A stretch of DNA of 64,000 bases from the NCBI GenBank assembly GCA_018822435.1, contig JAHJKD010000050.1, positions 1,531 to 65,530 on the forward strand, in the 5' to 3' direction. This document shows positions 34,182 to 44,106 of this stretch, piece by piece. Origin of the DNA: Patescibacteria group bacterium. Lineage in GTDB: Bacteria > Patescibacteriota > Patescibacteriia > UBA9570 > JAHJKD01. Both the position numbers and the translations under genes were made by a program. Numbering within the stretch: the first letter of the stretch is position 1; each line of letters begins with the position of its first letter. The notes under the pieces are model-generated. The model worked only from the letters and a program-made list of their open reading frames with translations. It searched no databases and was not told the origin of the DNA.

Positions 34182-35237
34182 TTAGGCCGCTTCTTTGTCT
34201 TCCCTGTTTCTCTCATTTTCTTTCGCCATTCTAATCATTTCTTCCATAAAATCCACTTCTTCCTCTGGACCTTCTTCATCCCAGTTCTCTTCTTCTGGTA
34301 AACCTTCAGTCGGCTTTCTGGCAATTTCCTCATATTCCTGCCAAGTTAATTCATCCTCCCGATCCTGCCGATAACCTCTCGCCTCTGCTTCTGCGTATGA
34401 TCCAGCTGTTTCCTGGCCCATTTGTTCTATGGCGTCGGCTTTTTCTTCTATTCTCGTTTTCCGGTCCCGTTGCCTTAATTCCTGCCTGCCTGTCTTTCTT
34501 GTCCGTAATTCCGCCATAATCGCCTCCTGCCAAATATCAAAATTGTCTTTTCCGGAAAATTGCTGTTCCAAGGATTCTTCCATTTCTTGCCTTGAAAATC
34601 TTTCCTTTCCAAACCTGGCAGCCTCCAGGTCCCGGGCCACAAAATTTAGTTTCGATAATACCTGGCTGTGCCTGGCCTCTTTTTCCCTGATAAGGCTCTT
34701 GTCCGCCTTATTCTTAATCAACGACCCGATCTCGTCTTCCAGAGCCCGGTTCTCATCTTTATAATATTTAATCAGATCGGAAAAATGAATAATATTCCCC
34801 CTAAATTTTTTATCAGCTTTATTGTCTGCTTTTTCCTTTTCCGCTTTGATCTGATCCAACATATACACAAGCTGCTCTTTTTTCATATTCCTGACCCGGC
34901 CGGCCACTCTTCTTTCAATCACATGAGAAGGCGCCTTGGTTTTTTCCCTGCCCAGGCCGATTTGTTTTCTTTGTATGTTTTCTTTTTCACCAACATCAAA
35001 TGCCTCTGGTTGATGACCTATTGCATGATCCTCATTAAAACGCATTTCCAATTCATGATCCAGAAGCTCAGCCTCAGTTGCCGGCTGCCCTCTTCTTTCA
35101 ATGATTTCTCTTGCGTTATCAGGCCAATCTTGGGACGCCTGCATCTTATTATAAATGCGTCCTCTTTTTTCTGCACCTGATCTGTATGTTGCTCCTCTCA
35201 TATAAGTAAAAATACCTAAAAATCGGCCCCTAGTCAA
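34182..35237 (-). CDS. Highly charged coiled-coil-like hypothetical protein
   Basis: 351-aa ORF, E/K/R-rich, no family recognised. The true start is uncertain. Confidence 0.55.
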   Translation of the reverse strand: MTRGRFLGIFTYMRGATYRSGAEKRGRIYNKMQASQDWPDNAREIIERRGQPATEAELLDHELEMRFNEDHAIGHQPEAFDVGEKENIQRKQIGLGREKTKAPSHVIERRVAGRVRNMKKEQLVYMLDQIKAEKEKADNKADKKFRGNIIHFSDLIKYYKDENRALEDEIGSLIKNKADKSLIREKEARHSQVLSKLNFVARDLEAARFGKERFSRQEMEESLEQQFSGKDNFDIWQEAIMAELRTRKTGRQELRQRDRKTRIEEKADAIEQMGQETAGSYAEAEARGYRQDREDELTWQEYEEIARKPTEGLPEEENWDEEGPEEEVDFMEEMIRMAKENERNREDKEAA

Positions 35238-35272
35238 ACCCCATTATTTCTGGTACACTAATCGGACTGAAT

Positions 35273-37366
35273 ATGGCAAATACGAAAAAAATCAATCCAA
35301 TTTTATATCCGCTGAATCCGAAACAGCAAGAAGCCGCTTCCGTGAATGAAGGGCCGGTTTTAATTTTGGCCGGCGCCGGTTCTGGCAAGACAAAAACACT
35401 GGTCCACCGCATTGCCAACCTCATCGCCGCTTACAAAGTTAAGCCTTGGAATATTCTGGCTGTCACTTTCACCAATAAAGCGGCTGGAGAAATAAAAGAA
35501 CGCGTGCAAAAGCTGATCGGCAAGAAATACAAGCATCTTCCTGCTATGGGTACTTTTCATTCCATCTGCGTCCGCATTTTAAGGCAGGAAATTGAGATAC
35601 TAGGCTACAAAAAGAACTATAATATTTTTGATTCTCATGACTCTCTGTCACTTATTAAGAAAGTCATGAAAGATCTGAACATCGATATTAAGCAAGTTAA
35701 TCCTCGGGCGATCGCGGCCATCATTTCTAATGCCAAAAACGAATTAATAGGGCCTGATGAGTATGCCGGACAAGCAAAAGGCTATATGGAACAAATGGTT
35801 GTAAAGGTCTATCCCGAATATCAGCGCCAGTTAAAAGACGCCAACTCGCTTGATTTTGACGACCTGATCATGAAAACCGTCCAGATTTTCCAGCAATATC
35901 CCGAAGTTTTAAAAAAATATCAGAATCTTTGGCATTATATATTAGTAGATGAGTATCAGGACACTAATCATGCCCAATACTTGTTCATTAAATTATTAGC
36001 CGAAGAAAAGAAAAACATTTGTGCCATAGGCGATGATTATCAGTCTATTTACGCCTTCCGCGGCGCAAATTACCAAAACATCCTGGATTTTGAAGATACA
36101 TTTGAAGATACAAAAACTGTTTATTTAGAGCAGAACTATCGTTCCACGCAAAATATTCTTGATACTGCTAACGAAATTATCAGTCATAATAAAAACCAAA
36201 AAGACAAAAAACTTTGGACAGAAAACCCCAAAGGCGACCGCGTCGTGGTTAAGGAGGTTCATGACGAAATCGACGAAGGCGAATATATTATTAAGTCTAT
36301 CTTTGGAATTGACGATGTAGGGGTCCGGAATTCTGAACCCGATCCCGACAGTGAAATAACTTATGAACCAGAAGAGCCCCAACACCAAACCATTCTAGAA
36401 AAAGTTATGGCTTCTAAAACTTTCCAAGAAAGACAAGAAGACAAAGATATATTAAATGCCGTGGAAAAATCTCTTAAAAAAACTGACTTATCCCAGTACG
36501 TAATTTTATACCGCACTAATGCCCAGTCCCGCGCCTTAGAAGAGTCTTTCTTAAAATATGGGATTCCCTATCGCATTATCGGCGGCATCAAGTTTTACGA
36601 AAGAAAAGAAATCAAAGACGTCCTCGCTTTCATGCGCGTCCTTTCCAATCCCTTGGACTGGGTCGCCCTGGAAAGATTGATCAATGTCCCTCCGCGCGGC
36701 GTTGGCCAAAAATCCTGGTTGAAAATTGAACGCGCCTGCCGCGATGCTGGGAAGACATATTTAGAAATAACTCCTAATGAAACTCCGGATGTGACTACTC
36801 GTTCCCGCCAAGGTTTTTTTATCTTTCAGGAAGCTATGAAAGAAATTGATGCCAAAAAAGAAAAATTAAATCCCACGGAAATATTAGACCTAATAGTAAA
36901 CAAGACTGGAATGAAGGCCTTTCTTAAAGATGGCAGTGAAGAGGGAGAAAGACGATGGGAAAATATCATGGAATTAAAAACTGTCACAAAAAAATACTTC
37001 GGCCAAAAAGGCCAGAAATCTTTAGAGGCATTTTTAGAGGAAGTCGCTCTAATATCTGATCAAGATAATATTGATGAAAAAGCCAAGGCCGTCAACATGA
37101 TGACGATTCATGCCGCCAAAGGCCTGGAATTTCCTAATGTATTTTTAGCGGGCATGGAAGAAGGCTTGTTCCCTCATTCCCGTTCTTTGTTTGAACCTAA
37201 AGAAATGGAAGAAGAACGCCGCCTCTGCTACGTCGCCCTCACCCGCGCCCGGGAAAAACTGAATTTAATTTATACATCACAACGGACTGTTTACGGCAAT
37301 ACGCAAATAAACGCTCCGTCAAGATTTATTGACGATCTTCCCAAAGAAAATATTGAAATGCGGTAA
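35273..37366 (+). CDS. pcrA: ATP-dependent DNA helicase PcrA/UvrD (SF1)
   Basis: 697-aa ORF with Walker A AGAGSGKT, DEYQDTN, QNYRST and later helicase motifs. Confidence 0.92.
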   Translation: MANTKKINPILYPLNPKQQEAASVNEGPVLILAGAGSGKTKTLVHRIANLIAAYKVKPWNILAVTFTNKAAGEIKERVQKLIGKKYKHLPAMGTFHSICVRILRQEIEILGYKKNYNIFDSHDSLSLIKKVMKDLNIDIKQVNPRAIAAIISNAKNELIGPDEYAGQAKGYMEQMVVKVYPEYQRQLKDANSLDFDDLIMKTVQIFQQYPEVLKKYQNLWHYILVDEYQDTNHAQYLFIKLLAEEKKNICAIGDDYQSIYAFRGANYQNILDFEDTFEDTKTVYLEQNYRSTQNILDTANEIISHNKNQKDKKLWTENPKGDRVVVKEVHDEIDEGEYIIKSIFGIDDVGVRNSEPDPDSEITYEPEEPQHQTILEKVMASKTFQERQEDKDILNAVEKSLKKTDLSQYVILYRTNAQSRALEESFLKYGIPYRIIGGIKFYERKEIKDVLAFMRVLSNPLDWVALERLINVPPRGVGQKSWLKIERACRDAGKTYLEITPNETPDVTTRSRQGFFIFQEAMKEIDAKKEKLNPTEILDLIVNKTGMKAFLKDGSEEGERRWENIMELKTVTKKYFGQKGQKSLEAFLEEVALISDQDNIDEKAKAVNMMTIHAAKGLEFPNVFLAGMEEGLFPHSRSLFEPKEMEEERRLCYVALTRAREKLNLIYTSQRTVYGNTQINAPSRFIDDLPKENIEMR

Positions 37367-37407
37367 AACTAAATATCCTACCCCTTAAGGGGCAGGATAT
37401 TTAGTTT
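37366..37407. terminator. Long bidirectional hairpin after pcrA
   Basis: AAACTAAATATCCTACCCCT-TA-AGGGGCAGGATATTTAGTTT, with 19/20 paired arms. Confidence 0.7.
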
Positions 37408-37413
37408 TTATTT

Positions 37414-37554
37414 TTATTTTTCCTTCAATTTCTGCAAATCAAAAACGGCCTTGCCTGAGACTTTCATTTTAGGCTTTTTTGTTTTCTTCTGCTGCCGTCG
37501 TTTTGACTTGGCTTCAGCTTTCTTTTCTAACTCATGAGAGTGGTTGTTCTTCAT
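37414..37554 (-). CDS. Small basic protein (46 aa)
   Basis: Below the track threshold. My translation is MKNNHSHELEKKAEAKSKRRQQKKTKKPKMKVSGKAVFDLQKLKEK. It ends at the pcrA hairpin. Confidence 0.35.
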   Translation of the reverse strand: MKNNHSHELEKKAEAKSKRRQQKKTKKPKMKVSGKAVFDLQKLKEK

Positions 37555-37668
37555 GAGTGTATTATATAAAACGAACTAGAATTTGAAAAGAAGGAGGGGG
37601 AGGATTTCGGGAGGGGGAGGAGGATCCGAGGGGTTATGCCGAAGCAAAACCACACGGACCTCCTTCCC

Positions 37669-37998
37669 CTATGGGAGAACAAATCGGAACAAACAAGTGT
37701 CCCCAGCCACGACCACCTTGCGGGGGTCATAACCGTCTGCCCATGAGATCCCCCGAAGGGTTTCCCACAAAAAAATATCGTCTCCCAACGTACATGCTTT
37801 CAGCATGATCATGTAGTAGGACTGTCCCACGTACACGATTTTGCCTTCTGCACGCACGCCCCCCACCAACGCTACTGTCTCCTCCGAAGGGACATCCTCC
37901 GAATACTCGAAGACCAGAACGAGCGTATCGTCCGTAGTCCTCATAGCGTCGACATTTTGGGGGGTGGAGCATTCTCCCGAAGGCTGCGTGGCCAACAT
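37669..37998 (-). CDS. Hypothetical 109-aa protein; GC-rich island gene
   Basis: SD AAGGAGG lies 7 nt upstream of the ATG. GC-ending codons. Overlapping ORFs on both strands are shadows. No family recognised. Confidence 0.6.
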   Translation of the reverse strand: MLATQPSGECSTPQNVDAMRTTDDTLVLVFEYSEDVPSEETVALVGGVRAEGKIVYVGQSYYMIMLKACTLGDDIFLWETLRGISWADGYDPRKVVVAGDTCLFRFVLP

Positions 37999-38063
37999 CT
38001 CTCTGCCTCCTTTAAATACTCACCCCCTTGCAGGGGGCTATGCGGCTTGATTGCCGACGGTAA

Positions 38064-38092
38064 AACTTACAATTTTTCTTGAATTAAGTCAA
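38064..38092 (-). promoter_or_regulatory. Sigma70-like promoter for 37669..37998
   Basis: Minus strand TTGACT (38092-38087), 17-nt spacer, TAAGTT (38069-38064). Confidence 0.4.
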
Positions 38093-38214
38093 TATTGTTA
38101 TCTACATTGACAAATTAGCAAAAATATGATATTATATATATAATATAAGCCAAACCTTGACATTATAAGCAAATTGCGCTAATATAATTCGTTTTACTAT
38201 TAGCTTAAAATTAT

Positions 38215-38511
38215 ATGTTTAAAGAAGGAACAAACACTTCAACCCAACCTAGGCCTGAACCAAAAAAACAGGATAAAAAAATCAATGGCACAAGATCAGA
38301 ACAGCCTACTTCTGAAGATTTAGCTGATCTGCAATCTGCTTTTCCAGAGAGAGACTTAACCAGCCATGCTGTTGGTGGAAAGCAAGCCCAGGAAGGACTG
38401 CAACAGACTCTCCAAGAAATCAGAGCCAGCGAGGAAAGCCGAAAAGCACGATACGCTTCCCTGAAAGAAAAAATGGACAAAGAAAGAGAAGACAGAGAAA
38501 AAAGAGCTTAA
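38215..38511 (+). CDS. Hypothetical charged protein (98 aa), N-terminal paralog of the next gene
   Basis: KQDKKINGTRSEQPTSEDLADLQSAFPE matches KQDRKIKGVRAEQPTQADADALQAAFPD of 38530..39789. TTGACA-N17-TATTAT promoter at about 38121-38149. Confidence 0.6.
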   Translation: MFKEGTNTSTQPRPEPKKQDKKINGTRSEQPTSEDLADLQSAFPERDLTSHAVGGKQAQEGLQQTLQEIRASEESRKARYASLKEKMDKEREDREKRA

Positions 38512-38529
38512 TTATTATATCTATATACT

Positions 38530-39789
38530 ATGCCTAATTTAGAAACCAGAATGGGCTCAAAGCCCGCCACACAAGAAGGTGCTAAACAAGACAGAAAAAT
38601 AAAAGGTGTAAGAGCAGAACAGCCTACTCAGGCTGATGCTGATGCATTGCAGGCTGCTTTTCCTGATAAAAAAATCAAGCAAGCCATTGCCGCTCAAGAT
38701 GCTGACCAAATTGCGGCTGTAAAAAAGAAAATGGGTGTTGATCCTAGTGTTGCGCAAAAGCGCCCTGGCGAAACAACTGGTGAATACAAAACCAGACTAT
38801 CCCGATACAATCTGGAAGAAAATTATGGCGCCCCGAAAAAACCTGTTTCTGCCGCTGCTATGAAACCTGGCGAAGTAATGGTGGCCCGCAAAGATCCAGG
38901 CCAGCCTGTCCAGCCTGTTGAGGAAGTTAAATCCAAACTAGACGACTTAATGAGTGAATACGTAAACCTTCGCACCAAGATGAAAAAACTTGAAGGCAAA
39001 GGCTTTGCTTTCTTTAAAAAAGCTCGCCTTAACCGCCTCAAACAAATGGAAGGAAATCTAAATACCCAAGTTGCCGAACTGACTCCGATTGAAAATAGAA
39101 AAGATGCTCGTGCGCTTTATGACAGAATGGACATCAATTTAGGTGACCGCATGACTGCCAATGCCCGCGCGGAAGTAGAAAAACAAAATGCCTCTTATAT
39201 GGAAGCAATTGGTCCGGCTTTAGAAGCCCGGCGTGTAGCTGAAGCGGAAAAAAGCCTTGGCGAAGCAGCTGCAGCCAGAGAAGAGGAAATGGCGGCTTAT
39301 CGTCCCATTACTGACGTTGAGGAAAATATTACTGAAAAACAGCCAGATGTAACTGAACAATTAGAATTAATTGAAGAAAAACCTGATGTAAGTGAAGATC
39401 TTGAATTAGTTGATGAAACAAAACCGACAAGAAAAGATATGGAAGGAGCAATTCAAGCCAGAAAAATTTTAGTTGAAGATATGGGTGAAATTGAGGCTGG
39501 CGACGACGAACCAACTGATGAAGAAATTGCTGCTCAAATGGAAGAAATTAATCTACAATTAGCCGAAGAAGAAAAAGCTGCCAGAATGGCAAAATATCCT
39601 AAGGCTATTAAGCTAAAAGAGGGTACTCAGCCTGAACCATATGCGGGGGGCCCGACTCTAACGGAAAGCTCCGCTCCAAAATCTGCCACGCAAGTGCCAG
39701 AAAAGGATCTGCCTGAATTAAAACTTGATGATGAAGTTGAAGAAATCGAACTGGATGAAGATGATAAAGACCAGGCTGCGTCAGCTTAA
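38530..39789 (+). CDS. Hypothetical charged/acidic protein (419 aa)
   Basis: Long ORF in AT-rich context sharing its N-terminal module with 38215..38511. No family recognised. Confidence 0.65.
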   Translation: MPNLETRMGSKPATQEGAKQDRKIKGVRAEQPTQADADALQAAFPDKKIKQAIAAQDADQIAAVKKKMGVDPSVAQKRPGETTGEYKTRLSRYNLEENYGAPKKPVSAAAMKPGEVMVARKDPGQPVQPVEEVKSKLDDLMSEYVNLRTKMKKLEGKGFAFFKKARLNRLKQMEGNLNTQVAELTPIENRKDARALYDRMDINLGDRMTANARAEVEKQNASYMEAIGPALEARRVAEAEKSLGEAAAAREEEMAAYRPITDVEENITEKQPDVTEQLELIEEKPDVSEDLELVDETKPTRKDMEGAIQARKILVEDMGEIEAGDDEPTDEEIAAQMEEINLQLAEEEKAARMAKYPKAIKLKEGTQPEPYAGGPTLTESSAPKSATQVPEKDLPELKLDDEVEEIELDEDDKDQAASA

Positions 39790-41024
39790 ATACCTTTTAA
39801 CCTAAGCTTGCGATGATAAGCTATGGCAAAACGATGCGCTTCATCGCGCATGCGCTGCATTAAATAATATCCTTCTGAATCCTCGGTCAACTTCCGGGGA
39901 TTCTTTATATTTGGCATATAAATTTCTTCTTCCCTCTTTGCTAAAGCCACAACTGGCACTTTATATTCTTCCCAAATATCTTTTACTGCATTTAATTGCC
40001 CCTTGCCGCCGTCCATGATCGCCAAATCCGGCTTGGGCCACTTATTTTTCACCCGCCGCATAATAACTTCTTTCATCATAGCGACGTCATTAATGCCGGA
40101 CACGGTTTTTATCTTAAATTTTCTGTATTCCTGCTTATCCGCCTGACCATTTGTAAACACGACCATAGAACCGACGGCAAACGTGCCCTGAATATTAGAA
40201 ATGTCGTAAATCTCTATCCGCTGGGGCAGCTTATTTAATTTTAATTTTAATTTAATCTGCACCAGCGCTTTGCGTATCTTCTCTTGCTCAGAACGTTTCT
40301 GAATTTGAAGCGAAGTAAGACGAATCTCTTTAAGTTTATTCATCGCCCGCATCTGGTCCCGATAATATGCCGCCTTTTCAAAATTCTTTTGTTCAGAAGC
40401 TTTTTTCATCTTTGCTTCCGCTGCAACAATAAATTTATCTTCATTGCCTTCAAAAAAATCAATTACTTCGTTTATTATCTTCTGATACTCCTCTTTTGGT
40501 ATACCATCCACGCATGGCGCCAGGCATCGGCCCATATGATATTCCAGGCACGGCTTTTTCGGCATAGCGGAACAGGAACGAAGCGGGAATATCTTGTGAA
40601 AATATCGATACACTTGCTTGACCGGCCGGCTCCAGGGAAACGGGCCGAAATATCTGGCCTTTTGCCGGAAATTCGGTCGGCGCACAAATTCCACTTTTGG
40701 AAAATCTTCTTCTTTTATTTTTAAATATAAATAATTCTTATCATCTTTCAACATTATGTTATAAGGTGGCTTGTATTTCTTAATCAACATTCTCTCCAAT
40801 ATTAAAGCCCTGGCTTCGTTCTTGGTATTTTGCACTTTCACGTCAGCTATTAAACGGACCATAACTTGCTTCATTACGGACAAATCAGAGCCTTTTTGAA
40901 AATATGACCTCACTCGGGAACGTAAATTCACGGCCTTACCAATATAAAGCACCCGGCCTTTTTTATCATAAAAAGTATAGGCCCCGGCCGTATTTGGTAG
41001 ATTTTGTAGCTTTTTATTTTCCAT
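39786..41024 (-). CDS. uvrC: Excinuclease ABC subunit C, short form lacking the C-terminal (HhH)2 domain
   Basis: 412-aa ORF. It has GIY-YIG (GAYTFYDKKGRVLYIGKAVNLRSRV), a UVR-like region and an RNase H-like endonuclease region (IEIYDISNIQG...DGGKGQ...RDEAHRFA). The ORF ends directly after that region. Confidence 0.85.
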   Translation of the reverse strand: MENKKLQNLPNTAGAYTFYDKKGRVLYIGKAVNLRSRVRSYFQKGSDLSVMKQVMVRLIADVKVQNTKNEARALILERMLIKKYKPPYNIMLKDDKNYLYLKIKEEDFPKVEFVRRPNFRQKARYFGPFPWSRPVKQVYRYFHKIFPLRSCSAMPKKPCLEYHMGRCLAPCVDGIPKEEYQKIINEVIDFFEGNEDKFIVAAEAKMKKASEQKNFEKAAYYRDQMRAMNKLKEIRLTSLQIQKRSEQEKIRKALVQIKLKLKLNKLPQRIEIYDISNIQGTFAVGSMVVFTNGQADKQEYRKFKIKTVSGINDVAMMKEVIMRRVKNKWPKPDLAIMDGGKGQLNAVKDIWEEYKVPVVALAKREEEIYMPNIKNPRKLTEDSEGYYLMQRMRDEAHRFAIAYHRKLRLKGI

Positions 41025-41057
41025 AATTTAATTATAGCAATATCTCTTTCCAAAACA

Positions 41058-41140
41058 AATTTCAAACCCCCAATAAATTGGGAGCTTGAAATTAAATAAT
41101 CGTAAACTCCAAGCCCCGAATTTATTCGGGGTATTGGAGT
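41058..41140. repeat. Double-hairpin intergenic repeat, copy B
   Basis: AATTTCAaaCCCCCAATAAATTGGgaG...CCAAGCCCCGAATTTATTCGGGGTATTGG. It is the partner of 14202-14287 and lies between divergent uvrC and uvrA. Confidence 0.8.
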
Positions 41141-41212
41141 TTATGTCCATATTCTTGACCAAAACGAAAATCTAGTATATAATACTTCAGTTGAATTTTT
41201 TTACAAGATTTC

Positions 41213-44047
41213 ATGGATATAAATAAAATTAGCGTCAAAGGCGCCCGTGTCCACAACCTAAAGAATATCAACGTCGATATTCCTCGGGACAAGTTAGTTG
41301 TTATTACCGGCATTTCCGGATCAGGCAAGTCATCGCTCGCTTTTGATACGATTTATGCGGAAGGACAAAGAAGATATGTCGAAAGCCTGTCTGCTTATGC
41401 CCGCCAGTTCTTAGGTTTAATGGACAAGCCTGATGTCGACCAAATTGAAGGCCTTTCTCCGGCCATTTCCATAGACCAGAAAACAGCTTCTCATAATCCG
41501 CGTTCTACTGTGGGCACAGTCACCGAAGTTTATGATTATTTACGTCTGCTATACGCCCGCATTGGCATTCCTCATTGTCCTAAATGCGGACAAGTTATAG
41601 TTAAGCAAACTCGAAAACAAATCTCCGATAAAATTTTAAAAATGGAAGAGGGCACCGAATTCATGATTATTTCCCCTATTATTCGTGATAAAAAAGGTGA
41701 ACATAAATCCGTTATTGAAGAAGCCCGAAAATCTGGCTATGTCCGCCTACGGATCGATAACAATCTATATTCTATCGAAGAAGCCGAAGACAAGGACCTG
41801 GATAAGAAGAAAAAACATAATATAGACGTTGTAATTGACCGGCTGACAATTGGAAAAGAATTAGAAAAAGAAAGATTGACAGAATCTTTAGAAACGGCCC
41901 TGGATCTTTCCAACGGCTTAGTCGTGGTTCATGATTCTAAAGCAGAAAAAGACAATATCTTTTCTGAACACTTTTCTTGTCCAAAATGTGACATTTCCCT
42001 GGAAGACATTGAACCTAGAAACTTTTCCTTTAACAGCCCGCATGGTGCTTGTCCTGAATGTACAGGCCTGGGCACGAAGCTGGAAGTTGATGAAAATTTA
42101 GTTATACCAAATAAAAAACTTTCTATTGCTGAGGGCGCTATCCGTCCCTGGTCCCGCACTTCTTCTAATCAGACCTGGCAAATGCGTATCCTGGAAGCTG
42201 TGGCTAAAACAAATGGTTTTTCTACCCGTACTCCGATTAAAAATCTATCGCCGCAAGACTTGAATGTCATTCTGTTTGGAACTGGCAGTAAATCTTATGA
42301 TGTAAATGCTCCGTATACTACTGGCAAAGTCAAAGAATTCTATACAAACTATGAAGGCGTTATTCCTAATTTGGAACGCCGGCACAGAGAAACCGAGTCT
42401 GATTACATGCGTACCGAGATTGAAAGATATATGCGTATTTACGCTTGTCCGCTATGTGTTGGCAAGCGCTTAAGAAAAGAAGCTCTTGGCGTCACCATTG
42501 CCGACCAGAACATATCCCAAGTCACTTCCCTGCCCATTGATAAGACCCTGGATTTTTTCCGCGGATTAAAACTTAATCAGCGGGATCAAAAAATTGCCAA
42601 GCAAATATTAAAAGAAATTGATTCGCGGTTGAAATTCCTGACTAATGTCGGCCTTTCCTATTTGACCCTGGACAGAACCGCGTCCACTTTGGCCGGCGGT
42701 GAGGCCCAGCGCATCCGTTTGGCTACCCAAATCGGCTCTGCCCTGACTGGCGTATTATATATTCTCGATGAACCTTCCATCGGCTTGCACCAAAGAGATA
42801 ATATGCGATTGATTGAAACTCTGCAAAATCTCAAAGCCTTAGGAAATACAGTTATAGTAGTAGAACATGATGAAGAAACCATTTTAGAAGCTGATTATGT
42901 CATTGACATCGGCCCTGGAGCTGGCGCCCAAGGAGGAGAAGTTGTCGCCCAAGGCACGCCGGCCGAATTAATGAAAAAAAAATGTCTGACTGGCGAATAT
43001 CTTTCCGGCAAAAAAGAAATTGCTGTTCCAAAAAAATTCCGCAAAGGCAATGGCCTGGACATTGAAGTTATTGGCGCGGCCGCCCATAACCTTAAAGAAA
43101 TAGATGTTAAGATTCCTTTAGGTAAGCTCGTTTCTATCACTGGTGTTTCCGGGTCTGGAAAATCAACCTTAATGACAGATATTCTTGCCCGTGCCCTGGC
43201 CCTGCAATTCCATAATGCAAAAAATCTTCCGGCCGAACATAAAGAAATTAAAGGTCTTAAAAACTTGGATAAAGTTATTCATATAGACCAATCTCCTATT
43301 GGCCGCACCCCGCGTTCCAACCCCGCCACCTACACCGGCGTTTTCACTTATATCCGAGACCTCTTTACCCAAGTCCCAGAATCTAAAATGCGCGGGTATA
43401 AAGCGGGACGCTTCTCTTTCAATGTAAAAGGTGGTCGTTGCGAAGCTTGCCAGGGCGATGGTGTCCAAAGGATTGAAATGCATTTCCTGCCTGATGTTTA
43501 TGTTAAATGCCCGGAATGCAAAGGCAAACGTTATAATCCTGAAGCTCTTGAAATCCATTATCGGGAAAAAAACATTTCCGACGTCTTAGAAATGAGCGTG
43601 GAAGAAGCTTATCATTTCTTTGGCAATATCCCGGCTGTTAAAGAAAAAATGCAGACTCTGCGCGATGTCGGCCTTGGTTATATCAAGCTTGGCCAGAATG
43701 CCACCACTCTTTCCGGCGGTGAAGCCCAGCGGGTTAAGTTAGCGACAGAATTATCCCGCCGCGCTACTGGAAAAACACTTTATATTTTAGATGAACCGAC
43801 CACCGGCCTGCACTTTGAAGATGTGAAAAAATTATTATCTGTATTAAACCGGCTTGTCGATAAAGGCAATAGTGTCTTAATTATCGAACACAATCTCGAC
43901 GTCATTAAATCATGCGATTGGATTATTGATCTTGGTCCGGAAGGCGGCGATCGCGGCGGCCTAGTGATTGCCCAGGGTACTCCACCTGAAGTGGCTAAAG
44001 AAAAAAAATCTTATACCGGTAAATATTTAAGGCGATATTTTAAATAA
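41213..44047 (+). CDS. uvrA: Excinuclease ABC subunit A
   Basis: 944-aa ORF with two ABC ATPase modules ([18 protein letters not shown]), Zn-finger cysteines and LSGGEAQR signatures. Confidence 0.97.
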   Translation: MDINKISVKGARVHNLKNINVDIPRDKLVVITGISGSGKSSLAFDTIYAEGQRRYVESLSAYARQFLGLMDKPDVDQIEGLSPAISIDQKTASHNPRSTVGTVTEVYDYLRLLYARIGIPHCPKCGQVIVKQTRKQISDKILKMEEGTEFMIISPIIRDKKGEHKSVIEEARKSGYVRLRIDNNLYSIEEAEDKDLDKKKKHNIDVVIDRLTIGKELEKERLTESLETALDLSNGLVVVHDSKAEKDNIFSEHFSCPKCDISLEDIEPRNFSFNSPHGACPECTGLGTKLEVDENLVIPNKKLSIAEGAIRPWSRTSSNQTWQMRILEAVAKTNGFSTRTPIKNLSPQDLNVILFGTGSKSYDVNAPYTTGKVKEFYTNYEGVIPNLERRHRETESDYMRTEIERYMRIYACPLCVGKRLRKEALGVTIADQNISQVTSLPIDKTLDFFRGLKLNQRDQKIAKQILKEIDSRLKFLTNVGLSYLTLDRTASTLAGGEAQRIRLATQIGSALTGVLYILDEPSIGLHQRDNMRLIETLQNLKALGNTVIVVEHDEETILEADYVIDIGPGAGAQGGEVVAQGTPAELMKKKCLTGEYLSGKKEIAVPKKFRKGNGLDIEVIGAAAHNLKEIDVKIPLGKLVSITGVSGSGKSTLMTDILARALALQFHNAKNLPAEHKEIKGLKNLDKVIHIDQSPIGRTPRSNPATYTGVFTYIRDLFTQVPESKMRGYKAGRFSFNVKGGRCEACQGDGVQRIEMHFLPDVYVKCPECKGKRYNPEALEIHYREKNISDVLEMSVEEAYHFFGNIPAVKEKMQTLRDVGLGYIKLGQNATTLSGGEAQRVKLATELSRRATGKTLYILDEPTTGLHFEDVKKLLSVLNRLVDKGNSVLIIEHNLDVIKSCDWIIDLGPEGGDRGGLVIAQGTPPEVAKEKKSYTGKYLRRYFK

Positions 44048-44055
44048 CACCTCTC

Positions 44056-44095
44056 TGTAGTGTAGGGACAACCCTAGGGTTGTCCCTACACTACA
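44056..44095. repeat. Perfect 40-bp palindrome, GTAG-type (REP-like), copy 1
   Basis: TGTAGTGTAGGGACAACCCT|AGGGTTGTCCCTACACTACA. It shares its outer 15-bp arms with 56245-56285. Confidence 0.9.
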
Positions 44096-44106
44096 GGTAT
44101 TTCATA

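Noticed and set aside
44080-44106. The TTG start at 44080 for the NTase-like gene.
   Set aside because: The codon lies inside the 40-bp perfect palindrome after uvrA. The ATG at 44107 is a more plausible start.
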